Source: a virus
Taxonomy: Duplodnaviria; Caudoviricetes
Virus record (IMG/VR): IMGVR_UViG_3300028805_000086
Span: 31,643 to 95,642 of that record
Length of the DNA stretch: 64,000 nt
Strand: one strand, 5' to 3'
Each line of letters starts with the position of its first letter. Position 1 is the stretch's first letter. Under the pieces are notes generated by a model. The model worked only from the letters and a program-made list of their open reading frames with translations, did not search any database and was not told where the DNA came from. The position numbers and the translations under genes are program-made. Positions 9,188 to 20,820 of the stretch are shown one piece after another.

Positions 9188-9306
9188 GCCAGTGAAAGAT
9201 AGATACAATTCAGGAACTTCCTTCCACCATATCACCTCCTTTTTATATAAAACCATTAACTGTATTTATCTTGGTTCGTCTTCAGGTTCGATTCCTGACA
9301 CTGGTA
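9188..9306 (+). ncRNA. tRNA-like RNA (acceptor stem + T-arm, long central stem with anti-SD loop)
   Basis: GCCAGTG/CACTGGT acceptor; TCAGG-TTCGATT-CCTGA T-arm; AAGATAGATACA/TGTATTTATCTT stem. Confidence 0.5.
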
Positions 9307-9384
9307 TGAAAAGCAAAGGGACACGTCATGGCGCGGAGCGTGTTCCTTTCTTTTCATTATTTTTTTTCTGAAAGGAGAAAACAT

Positions 9385-9630
9385 ATGTTCTATTTGTTTA
9401 CCAAATTCCCTATAAAGATTAAGGATCAAGGAAAACGAGTTGGCGAAATCTCAAAAATGCTTTCAAAGCATGGATCTAAGATTAAATATACTGAAATATA
9501 CACGATTGGACTTCAAAGTGCAGTGATTAGTTTTCAAAAGAAGCACGGCCTTGAACCAACAGGTGTAGTCGACAAAACTACTTGGAAAGCCCTTCATAAG
9601 AAAATCAAAATGGAAGTAAAAATCGCATAG
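9385..9630 (+). CDS. Stand-alone peptidoglycan-binding domain protein
   Basis: AVISFQKKHGLEPTGVVDKTTWKAL; RBS AAAGGAG. Confidence 0.7.
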   Translation: MFYLFTKFPIKIKDQGKRVGEISKMLSKHGSKIKYTEIYTIGLQSAVISFQKKHGLEPTGVVDKTTWKALHKKIKMEVKIA

Positions 9631-9663
9631 GAAACACCTTCTTTAATGAAGGAGGTGTCTATT

Positions 9664-12600
9664 ATGACATTAGAGAGAGCAATCGAGTTGTTGAAGATTG
9701 AACAGGCTTGTGTTGAGCGCAATACTAAAGGATGTGATAGGAATTGCGCAAAATGTGATCTTGTTCAAAAAGATTGGGAATTGCTAGACATGTATCAATA
9801 TGTCATAGACAAAATATCTGGTGATATTTATAAGGCCGTCGTTCGGTGAACACGGCTTTATTTTTTTCTCGCATGATCAACATGTTTATTAATGGAAGGA
9901 ACTATATAAAAAAAAGGAGGTTTTATCTATGTTTACAACAATTATGATTACGACATTTACTGTTATAGGAATTGCCACTACATACAAGAAAGTGGTAGAC
10001 AAAACGACAAAAATGGCGAATGCATATTTAAAGTATAGAAAAGAAAATTCTGATAAATAATCCTTCCAAAAGAGAGTCAAACATAGACTCTCTTTTTTGC
10101 CTCGCACGATCAACATGGCTATTAATGAAAGGAAGGTGTTAAAAAATGAAGATGGAAAAAATAATTAAAAGAATGAAGAAAGAGTTAGAAAGAAGAGAAA
10201 GGAAGACTAAAAAACTGGAAAACCAACTGGATTCACTTCTGGCTGAAGCTATGAGAATTACAGAATACGGCTTTAAGGAAGAAAAAAAGGAGGTTACTAA
10301 AGTGTAAAGGGCTTTGCCCTTTCTCTTTTTCTCAAACATGGACTATATTTTTTCGCATATGAAACATGTTTATTAATGGAACCTATAAAATATAAGGAGG
10401 TATCTTTTATGTTCACAAAGTTTTGCAGTGTTGTAGGTGCAATAGTGGTAGGAGCTATTGGTGGAATACTGTTAGTAGGAGTTATGGACAAAGTAGAGAT
10501 GGTGTACCTTAAGTTTACAGGTGAAAAGAAGAAAAATGTAAAATTAGAAGAAAAATAAATGATAAAAAGCAGGCAAAACATGTCCTGCTTTTTTTTCGCA
10601 TGCCGAACATTTGTATTAATGGAAGATCTTATGATCTTACTAAAAACATTAAAGGAGAAATAAACATGAAAGAATTATTAGTAAGACCGATATTCAAGAC
10701 TCATGGGTTTGAGTCTGGCAAGGAGATTACGGAAGAAGAATTTGAGAATCTTAAAGAAGAGTTTATTTCTATGCATAATTGTTTTGCTCGTTTAACTAAT
10801 CCATTGATGGATAAAATTAATGAATCATGGGCGAATTATGAAGAGATTGAGGAGATGTCGAAGATAATAAATGTTTCATCATCGCTCGATCAGATACGTA
10901 AGGCTATGGAAATTAATGATAATACAAGATATTGTGATTGGGTAAAAAAGTGGTATGACGAGGTATGTAAGGAAATGGAACGGCTTCCGGATATAAAGAA
11001 GTTAAATATTAGACCGTATATCTTTATTGAAGATGAGAATCCAATTCTTGGAGCTCGGTTGAAGCAAAATGAAAATTGGTGGTTTGAAATGTTTTTAAAA
11101 ATGATCGAATAAGAAAATGGCGGTTGAAACATACCGCCAATATTTTTCGCATATGAAACACTTTATATAATGAAAGGAGGGCAAATAATATGCCAGAGAA
11201 AAAGACGTTTAAAGATTTTATTAAAGGATGGAAGGACAAGGAATCTATCAAAGACAAAATCAAAAGAGGTTTTCGTAAAGGAAAAGAAAAACTGGTTAAC
11301 ACTGTAAAGTGGATCAAAGAGAATCCGCAAGAAGCTGCGATTTACGCTTCTATGATTGCCGGTCTAACTGGCGTTTTAAAGAAAGGCCTTAGGCATGTGA
11401 ATCTGAAGCAGGAGCAGCGTATGAAAGATCGGTATATCTATGATTTTAGCAATAGGTGTTATCTTGAGACAAGAAGAAAACTGAATAGGAATGATGTAGT
11501 AAGTATTAATAGGCTTCGTCGCGAACATCCAGGAATGAAGATGAGTGAAGCTCTGGAATACTTAAATTTGCTCAAGTAACAAATAAAGCGGTTGAAACAT
11601 ACCGCTTTAATTTTTTGAAAATAGGTCCAAATGACTGGATAAATGTGGTGAATTATCATTATTGACCCGCGTAAGAAACACGGTTATTAATGGAATAAGA
11701 ACCAAAGAAAGGTTATGTAATGATAGACCCGCGTCTATCGATAATTGCAAGTGCGGACTTGCGACATATCCTTTCTTTTTTTCAAAATGGAAGTAAAAAT
11801 AACCTCGCACCATTAACATGTTTATTAATGGAAGAAGTAAGGATAAACCTTGAAGCGGTCGTATACAGGAATGTATGAATCCGCGCGAAGAAAGTGGATA
11901 AATCAAGGAGGTGTCGTATGCAGACATGCATGAATCACTAGCTTCTAAGTAAAAAGGAGATCTGAAATGATCTAAGGAGAGTTAATAGCTATAACTCGAA
12001 AGCAACACGCCCTTTTTATTTTTTCGCATATGAAACATATTATATAATGAAGGAAAGATTATTCAACCTTAAGACACCAAAGTGTGGGATAGACGATTGA
12101 GATCTATTTGGATTTTAAATCCCCTGAATAATCATAAGTGCTTGCGGAGGCAGCCTTCATTGGCTATGTTACGACTAAGTGTCGTTGGTAAGCTTAAGCA
12201 TGCAGCTTAGCACATGGATTATATTTTTTTCGCATGATCAACATGGATATTAATGGAGTAGAAATATGAAAGGAGAGAACAATTATGTTTTTAATTATAT
12301 TTTGGAGTATAATAGGGATCATAACATTATACGGCTACGTTATTGTAGCAAAAGAATGCGTATGGGAATTATATACTGATCAGCATATGTTTGAGAACAA
12401 TAAAGTGCTGAAAGTAATAATGAGCGTAACGTGGCTTGTTACATTCTGGCCGTTTATGTATGTAATTATTTATAGAGAAATTAAAAAGTGATTTTAATCA
12501 AATATTAAATAATCTACTCCGGAAATAAATCCGGGTAAGGACGAATTAAAAACTCGGATTTATTTTTTTCGCGTATCGAACATATTTATTAATGGAACTA

Positions 12601-13976
12601 AAAATGAAAGGGGATAACAATATGAATGACATGATTGAGCTTCTTGAAACATTGAACGAAGGATGTGATGTGCTTAGTAAAGCACGTGATCAATATGATA
12701 AAATTAAGGATAATTTGATTTTTACAACTGAAGATGGTAAAAAATTTTTAGATCTTTTGGGATCAATGATCAAAAATACTAATCTAGGGACATTACAGTT
12801 CGGAATTATGATGCTAAAGTATCAATTATACAATAAAAATAAATAATTTTGGTTCCATAAAAGCGTACACAAAACGTGTTACGCTTTTTTTTCGCATGAT
12901 CAACATGGATATTAATGGATAGAATCCAAATAAAATAGAAAGGATGAGGAAAAATGACAGCAAAAGAGTATCTTGACAAACTTGATAAAATTGAAGAAAA
13001 GAGGTGCAAAAAATTAGCTCTCGATGGGTACAAGTGGTTCTATATTGGGTATATGTTTGGAAGCGGATATATCCATGATGAAACAAACAACCAAGAAGCT
13101 AAAGAAATGGCAAATGAAATTTTAAAGACGTATAAGGATAATCTTGATGTTATTATGAAAGAATGGATTCTGCCAATAACAAATGAAGAAAATGAGGCAA
13201 AAGTTCTAAAATTATGCGAAATTATTCAAAATCTGAAAGTATAAAATATTAATCGTATAAAGGGCATTTTGCCCTTTTTTTTTTCGCGTATGAAACACTT
13301 TATATAATGAAGGAGGTGGCTTGTATAATGAAAGCTACGGAAGTTGTAAGAAAAGCTATATTTGGAATGTATTCGATAGAAGAATTAAAAGAACAGCAAA
13401 GGACAATATTCCTTAAGGATATCGATGAACAGTATAGTGACTTTGTAATAGACCACATATTTACAGATAAAGGCGATGGCGTGTTCTATTTCATAGTAGG
13501 ACTATATGTTATAGATAAAGGGCATTTTGTTCCTTTGTACATTGGAACAAATATTGGGTATACTTCTAAAGAGCTCGTAAATGAAGCAGCTCGAGTTATA
13601 AAAGAAGTCATGAAAAGTTTCAAAAAATAAAGAAAATGCCCACAAAACGTGGGCTCTTATTTTTTTTCGTTTACGAAACATGCCTTCTAATGAAAATAAT
13701 CATTAGGAGGATTTTAAAATGTATGTGATCATTGAGACTCGTAAACAAAAACGAATGCCTAACGATGATTTTACCGTGCTGTGGACAATTCCATGTCGTG
13801 GTTTTACTAGTAAGGAAACGGCGCAAGATTATTTAAAAGGAAATGAGATTTTTAAGAAATTGTTGTCAAATAGTAAACAGCATTGGAAACTATCTGAAAG
13901 CAGTAATAATCATTTAGTATTCGTTAATGAGTATGGTAGTATTTTAATGGATTACATGATAAAACCTAAGGAGTAA
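9664..13976 (+). other. Array of single-gene units, part 1 (small hypothetical/membrane proteins)
   Basis: ORFs 9664-9849, 9929-10060, 10146-10307, 10409-10558, 10666-11112, 11190-11579, 12285-12491, 12622-12846, 12954-13244, 13328-13630, 13719-13976. Each has the motif and an RBS upstream and usually a hairpin/T-tract downstream. Confidence 0.8.
11692..11782 (+). ncRNA. Candidate small RNA: three-way junction with complementary loops CCGC/GCGG
   Basis: Motif at 11668, no ORF. Hairpins GATAGAC-CCGC-GTCTATC and GCAAGT-GCGG-ACTTGC lie within a closing stem followed by poly-T. Confidence 0.55.
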
Positions 13977-14096
13977 TTATTATAAATAAGAGCTCCTGAA
14001 ACAAGGACTCTTATTTTTTTTCATTCAAAATGGAAGTTGTACGAAAGTGTACGGACGTTTTTAAAACATTCTCCAAAACGAAAGGGGAGTGTTGAC

Positions 14097-15230
14097 ATGG
14101 AACTTCAAGATATTTATGATTTATTGGAATCGCACCTTGGCAATGGAATATTAAACCGCTCAAACGAGAAAATGAAAAGAGTTAAACTTCCGATTCCAAA
14201 GGAATATGGTGGCGGATGGGCAACTGGCGATACCACAGAAGATGCTATCCGCAACATGATTAATCGTTTAAATCTGAAAATTAAAAAAGAAACGCCGTTA
14301 TTTTCTGATTATGCTAGCAAATGGTTAGAGATAAAGAAAGGCGAGGAACGATCGGAATCAACAATTAAGAACTATGAATTCATACTCGAAACTCGCCTTA
14401 AACCATTTTTCGAAAATAAGAAAATTAATGAGATTACAGCCGATGATGTACAGCTATATTTTAACAGTATAATAGATCTCAGCAAGAGTATGAGCGTGCA
14501 AAGTAAAGCAATACTCAGTGGAATCTTCGAAAGAGCAGATCGTAATGGTCTTGTTGACAGAAATATTATGAAATACAAGTATCAGACTAGCTCTAAAACT
14601 GGTGAGAAAGTAGTTCTCCAGGATGATGAACTCATAAATGTTATTGATAAGCTCGAAGATTTGTTATCGACAGGCGACGTACGAGACTATCTATACTTCT
14701 GCTTTTTGTGTTTTACAGCGCTTCGAAGAGGGGAAATTCTGGGTCTTAAATGGGCAGATATCGACTTTGATAACGATTTGATTTACGTGAATCGCAATGT
14801 TACGTTTCCAAATGGCGAAAATAATTATCGAATTGGCAAGCCTAAAGATGGTAGTTCTGGCATTGTGCATCTTCAAAGTGGATTAAAAGATCATATTCTC
14901 AGTTATAAAGGTTCTTCTAAAGAGTACATCATATATAATAGGAAAGAATTCAAAATGGAACCAATAACCAGGAGTATGTTTTCTAAAATGTGGTATAGAT
15001 GCCAGAAAGTTCTGGATCTTAAAGGTGCAACGTCACATAGTTTCAGGGCGTCGTATGCTACGATGATGAATGCGCATTGTGATCACATTGATCCTAAGGC
15101 TTTACAGGGAGCTTTACGACATAAAACGCCAGATTTGGCTATTAAAGTCTATACGAAAGAGAATCATGATAAAACCAGAGCTGCTGAGAAAGAATATGAT
15201 GATTGGCTTAAGCGAAATTCCGCACTCTGA
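14097..15230 (+). CDS. int: Tyrosine recombinase (phage integrase)
   Basis: ALRRGEILGLKWADIDF (R), PKDG (K), HSFR (HxxR), LRHKTPDLAIKVY (H, Y); RBS GGGGAG precedes ATG 14097. Confidence 0.92.
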   Translation: MELQDIYDLLESHLGNGILNRSNEKMKRVKLPIPKEYGGGWATGDTTEDAIRNMINRLNLKIKKETPLFSDYASKWLEIKKGEERSESTIKNYEFILETRLKPFFENKKINEITADDVQLYFNSIIDLSKSMSVQSKAILSGIFERADRNGLVDRNIMKYKYQTSSKTGEKVVLQDDELINVIDKLEDLLSTGDVRDYLYFCFLCFTALRRGEILGLKWADIDFDNDLIYVNRNVTFPNGENNYRIGKPKDGSSGIVHLQSGLKDHILSYKGSSKEYIIYNRKEFKMEPITRSMFSKMWYRCQKVLDLKGATSHSFRASYATMMNAHCDHIDPKALQGALRHKTPDLAIKVYTKENHDKTRAAEKEYDDWLKRNSAL

Positions 15231-15263
15231 ACACGCCTCTTAATGAAAGGAGGCGAATACGCC

Positions 15264-15656
15264 ATGTTAGAAAAAGAATTAAAAAAGATTCAGGTAGGTA
15301 CAGGTAAAAAAATAACCGATGATGAGGTCTATTTGAGAATTGAAGACCAATATTCAATTACTGGTGTTTTAAATCTGTGCTGGCTTAATGAAGAAGAAAC
15401 TGAAAAACTAATAGGCTATTTGCAAGAATCAAAAAGGAGACTGGAAGAAAAAAGAATTAAATTGAAAGAAATAATTAGTACTACAGATTTTAGCAAAATG
15501 TATATAGAATTTGAAAGTAAGTATAATAAGTATCCGGTTACGATGGCTCCTTATGAAGCATTTGGATGTGCACATAAGGATAATCTAATAGACGATGATA
15601 CATATTATGCAGCGAGTAAATATTATGGAAAAATGTGGAATTATGTTGGAGACTAA
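15264..15656 (+). CDS. Hypothetical protein
   Basis: Motif 15221 plus RBS AAGGAGG. Confidence 0.65.
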   Translation: MLEKELKKIQVGTGKKITDDEVYLRIEDQYSITGVLNLCWLNEEETEKLIGYLQESKRRLEEKRIKLKEIISTTDFSKMYIEFESKYNKYPVTMAPYEAFGCAHKDNLIDDDTYYAASKYYGKMWNYVGD

Positions 15657-15761
15657 TTTCTTTTGGAAGATCGAACACCGGTCTTCCTTTTTCGCGCAAG
15701 AAACACCTCTTATAATGAAGAAACCGTAGGTTTCTAATATTATAATAGGAGGTATCTAAAA

Positions 15762-16088
15762 ATGGGTACAGTTACGATTGTAGGAGCAATGGTCTATGAA
15801 AATGATGGAGGAATGCCTGGAAAAATGATAATCGATACTCTATTCGGAGTATTTAGCACCAGAGCGAAAGCTATGGATGTGTGGAATGACAAGTTGGAAA
15901 CATATGGAATTACCAACGTCAAAGCATACAGTCCGATGAAGAACTGGCTGGTGCCGGGAGTTACGAATAGGTATTTATATCTTAATTCCTTGGGGCATTC
16001 TTGTGAAAAACAGGACGATGCAGATTTTATAGTTGAAATGTACATTAAAGATGTAGAGATCGACCACGTATTAGAACCAGGGGAATGA
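15762..16088 (+). CDS. Hypothetical protein
   Basis: Motif 15693 plus RBS AGGAGG. Confidence 0.65.
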   Translation: MGTVTIVGAMVYENDGGMPGKMIIDTLFGVFSTRAKAMDVWNDKLETYGITNVKAYSPMKNWLVPGVTNRYLYLNSLGHSCEKQDDADFIVEMYIKDVEIDHVLEPGE

Positions 16089-16342
16089 ACAATGGAAAAG
16101 AAGGGGACACAAAACGTGTTCTCTTCACTTTTTCAAAAATGCATAATTATACAATTCATATGGAACAAAAAATTGGATAATAAGAAAAATGCTGGAATGC
16201 TTATATTTCAAAGGAAAGAGGCGATTTAAAGAATTCAAAATGGAATAGAAAATGGAATATTTTAGGATTGTTAAGTGTACGGACGACTATTTCTAGGTAA
16301 ATGAAAAACCCCGGAAGCCTTGATATTCTTGACTTCCGGGCC

Positions 16343-16390
16343 GTACACCATTAGGGACTCGAACCCTAGACACCCTGATTAAGAGTTAGG
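16343..16390 (-). other. Putative attP core: 3' half of tRNA-Lys(CTT)
   Basis: The minus strand reads CTCTTAATCAGGGTGTCTAGGGTTCGAGTCCCTAATGGTGTAC (anticodon loop, T-arm, acceptor 3' strand). There is no 5' half. A hairpin follows (16305-16340); the site is 1.1 kb from the integrase. Confidence 0.8.
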
Positions 16391-16479
16391 AAAAATGTAT
16401 AATTATGCATTGATCTATAAAATATTCATATAATATACAAAATGAAAGGAGAAGGGCGGTTTATATTCCGCGATTTTTT

Positions 16480-19400
16480 ATGAAGAAGGTTTATTATATT
16501 CTGTGGTTGATTGCTAGTTTTAAACTCGGTTTAGCTATCGGTGATATGCAAATTGAGGAACTTAAGAAAAGAATAAGTGAACTTGAGAAACGTAAAGAAG
16601 AAAAGAAAGAAATAATTAAACGACTTAAGGAAATGATTGCTAGATATCGAATTGATTGCGCATAAAAATAGGTATTGAAAAAGATTGCCCACAAAACGTG
16701 GGCTTTCTTTTTTCGCATCCAAAACACGGCTAATAATGGGAAACCAATAAATAATTTAAGGAGGAATCTAAAAATGGATACTCAGAAAGCTAAGAGAATT
16801 GTGGCAGGTTGTCTTATGGTGACCAACGTGGCACTGGCGGTTATTAATATTGCTAGCGTCAGATTGGCATTGAAAGAAAGCGAAGAAAAGCAGATCGAAG
16901 CTGACACTAAGTTTAATGAGTTTTTGGGATTTTTGGAAAATAAATTCGATACAAGGTTTCCCAAACAGGAATAAAAGATTGCCCGCAAAACGCGGGCTTT
17001 CTTTTTTCGCACTTTAAACATTGCGATATATGGAATGATATTTTAAAGGAGGTTTTAATATGGCTAAAACTAAAATGTTGGGTTCATTCATTATTTGTGG
17101 TGTATACGTGGCTGCAATATGTTGGTATATGCACTATTTAAAAAAAGTAATGAATCCGGTAAAAACTTTGGCTGAACCAATCGAAAGAAAGGAGCAAAAG
17201 AAAAAAATATCGGCCCAAAATAAAGAAAGAGCTAGAATAAAAGAGGCAAAAAGAAGGCTGTTGGAATGCGAAAAAGCTTTAAATAGGCTTAAACATAATG
17301 CTGAGATCGAAGGAAAAGGAAAAACAGTATTAGAATTTATTAATTTTGTTGAAGAGAATGATGATCTTCGACAGATTGTAAATGAGAATGCTATTATCCT
17401 AAAAGATCTTGGTAAGAACAAGAAGGAGTTTTGAGTATTCTGCAGTAAGAGCTATGAAAAACATGGCTCTTTCTTTTTCGCATATGAAACACACTTATTA
17501 ATGGTAAACCATAAAATAAAAAAGAAGGTATTTTTATGTTTAAAAAGCTTAAGGAATTAATAAGAAAGGATAAGATTTTGAACGAAAAGATAACAAATAT
17601 GGTTAATGAAACAAAAGAAGGAACTATGGAACTGTTTAAAAGTACTAAGAAATTAGAATATCAGAATGGGATTCTTGCTGAAATTCATCAGGATCTTGAT
17701 GAAAATTATTATGGAGTAGAGTCTTATGATGCAGAAAAGAATGATGATAAAAAACTTGAAATGATGAGGAAAGATATAGAGACATTGACTCGTATTCAAG
17801 ATAAATTATATGAATGCGGAATAAGCAAAAAACCTCCACAATTTAGAAATTTCGAAGAATTTGATAAGTTTATGCAGGGTGATGAACCTTTAAGATTGTA
17901 ATATCTTATTACGAGCTATGGAAACATAGCTCTTTCTTTTTTGTCTAAAAATGACCTCGCACGATCAACATGTATATTAATGGAAAGGAAGAACCAAAAA
18001 TAAAGGAGGAATTGATTATGTTTAGGGAAATGGCAAAAATGATTAAGACTGTGTTCTACCTGGCAGGAGCTGCGATTATTATTACAGCAGCGATTGCATT
18101 GGCAGGCGTTGTCTAATCAGAAAACACACAAAAACAAATCTACTAAAATTGAATACGGAAAATTCCAATCCGGAAATAAATCCGGGTAAGGACGAATTAA
18201 AAACTCGGATTTATTTTTTTTTTCGCATGATCAACATGTTTATTAATGGAAACTAAATATTATTTAAAGGAGGATACAAATTATGGGTACTATTGGAAAG
18301 TATGTCTACAAATATGCAATCGAAATTAATGGGGATTTTATGAAAGGGATGGTATATACTAATACCAGGGAAGAAGCTTATGAGCGGCTTCCAATTGAGA
18401 TGCAGATAGGTTTGGAAAAGCTTAATAAAGCTTATCCTTGGGATAAGCATTATATCATTACAGAAAAACGGAATCTATTAGGAATTGACGGTCTTGTAGA
18501 TACTTATCCGGCGTGTGCTGATTATTATTACCCTTGGATAAGTTATAAGGTTAGAAAAGTAAGGGTACCCGTGTAAACAACACGGGTTCTTTTTTTTCGC
18601 ACATCAAACATGTTGCTAAATAGGAGGTGATAAATGTGTGCATCGAAAATAAAATTGATCCGCACCATGGAATTCCATATTCTAGGTATATCATTAGCTG
18701 GTTGAAAGTCGTGGTTTATGGCGATGTAAATGAACGACTTGAAAACGTAGGGGCTTTTATCCATTATGGTAAAGACAAAAGTAAAAAATGGTTAGATTAT
18801 GATCGCATTTTTTACGGAAATGGTAAATTTACTGAGTGGCTTAAGTCTTTAGGATTCAATGACGATGAGTGTCGTGAGATTCGCGAATTGGCCACTAGTG
18901 GTAAACTGGAGTTGGAAGATTCAGTACGGAATTTTTTAAAAGAGAACACATAAACCGTATAATATAGACTATCGTCAAAGGACATAGTCTATATTTTTTC
19001 AAAATGGAAGTAAAAACCATCTCGCGTGATCAACATGCTTATTAATGGAAACTATACTACTATTTTAAGGGAGGCAAATCTTATGGAAATGTATGGACTT
19101 ATGTTAATCTTGGGTTTGGTAACCGGTTTATATCTAGGAAAAATCGGTGAGAACCGACGGTTAAGAAAGAACCAGCATAATCCTGTAGGAAACCAAAATT
19201 GGAAAGGAGGTAGTAACCAGAAGAAGAGGGCTGCATAAGTGAATATTATGGAGAGACTGCAAAACGCAGCCTCTCTTCTTTTTTTCGCACTTCGAACATG
19301 CCTTTAAATAGGGAAGGTTCCCTAATATATATTTTAAGGAGGTTCATTATGAACTGGGTACATGTGGTAATGCTGGCAGTAGGTTTATTTATGGGACTGT

Positions 19401-20330
19401 ATTTTAGTAAAACATTACAGTTCCGAAGGATGGAGAAAGAAAAAGAAGCCATACGTTATCACTATCAGAAAAAGTTTAATGAACGACATGATAATAAGAA
19501 TGGAAAGGTGGTGAACTTCCCGAACACAAATAAGCAGCAAAAGGCTGCAAGATAATTTATTAAAGAGGTCGCAAAACGCGGCCTCATTTTTTTTTTTCGC
19601 ATACGGAACACGCTGCATAATGGGAGTAATCCTAATATATTTTAAGGAGGAATCTGAAATGTGGATTCTGTATGTAGCAATTTACTTAATTGGCTGTTAT
19701 GTGGCAATGCGTCTATGCACTAAACAAGAGGTAGAAAATTGTAAACGACTAGAAAAATATGGAAACGAAGCAATTAGAATGTATTACGAAAATAAGCATT
19801 ACATCGCTTCTCCGGAAAGTACAAAATTACTCGTTGGCAGTGCAATAGCAATAATCATTGTTATAATTATGTTATGGCCAATAGTATTCAGTATTACGGC
19901 AGTGTGGAATTATATTGATTTTAGAATAACTGAGAAAAAGTTTAAAAAGGATTAACTTCTATAAAAGAGGGTCTAACATAGACTCTCTTTTTTCGCATCA
20001 TTAACACGGCCTTTAATGGGAATACTATTAACCCTAAAAATAAAGGAGGAAGTAAAAATGAAAAAGGGTTTTATTATCGGAGTAGTATGCACTATGTTGG
20101 TAGTTATTGGAGTAATGTTTTACTGTAATTGGTATAATTCAGTTGAACATCTAGGAATTAAAATAGATTATGATGATCCATGGATGTTTAATGGAAGTAT
20201 ACATTATTACACTGAATGGATTGACGAACAAGGGAGTAAACATGGGCAATGGATATCCGAGGATAAAGCATTGTTCATGGTAGAGCAACGAAAAAAAGGG
20301 CAAATAGTATATCCTGGAAAATGGAACTAA
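16480..20330 (+). other. Array of single-gene units, part 2 (mostly small single-TM or coiled-coil proteins)
   Basis: ORFs 16480-16665, 16774-16974, 17060-17434, 17536-17901, 18018-18116, 18283-18576, 18627-18953, 19083-19238, 19349-19555, 19659-19955, 20058-20330. All but the first are preceded by the motif; many have an N-terminal hydrophobic helix. Confidence 0.8.
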
Positions 20331-20451
20331 AAGACCGAGCCGCAAAATTAACAGCGGCTCTTTCTTTTTTCGCACAAAAAACACAGATGTATATGGGAGG
20401 CAATATAAACGTTGCCTCTTAATTTTTTAATAATAAAAAGGAGGAAACAAA

Positions 20452-20820
20452 ATGGACAGCATGTTTGCGTTTGTTCTTGGAGAAATGAATCGGCACAAAG
20501 AGCTGATGGTGTTCGATTGGGACAAAGCAGCAGAGATCATTAAGGAAAGAAAAGCTACCAGTGCTATTGCTGGGTTACAGAATGATCTCGAATGGACGGG
20601 AGGACATATTTTGGACGGAGGGAAACCAATTGCTGATTCATATACGTATTTATCATCGACTTGGGCTATGCCTGTTTTAATTCTTGATGATGAATATGAA
20701 GATGAAATACCATGTTTCAAAATGGAGCATGAAACAGCATATACTTGCGATACTAAATGGCCTAATTCAGCATTAAACATTTTAGGATTAACGAAGGAGG
20801 ATTTTGTATGCAAGGAATAA
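20452..20820 (+). CDS. Hypothetical protein
   Basis: RBS AAGGAGG; 122 aa. Confidence 0.65.
   Translation: MDSMFAFVLGEMNRHKELMVFDWDKAAEIIKERKATSAIAGLQNDLEWTGGHILDGGKPIADSYTYLSSTWAMPVLILDDEYEDEIPCFKMEHETAYTCDTKWPNSALNILGLTKEDFVCKE

Noticed and set aside
16343-16390. Functional tRNA-Lys gene
   Set aside because: Only the 3' half is present; treated as the attP core.
9624-20400. CRISPR-like or classical integron attC reading of the dispersed motif
   Set aside because: The spacers are whole genes of variable length, and the motif is non-palindromic with no GTTRRRY boxes. The integrase is better explained by the tRNA attP.
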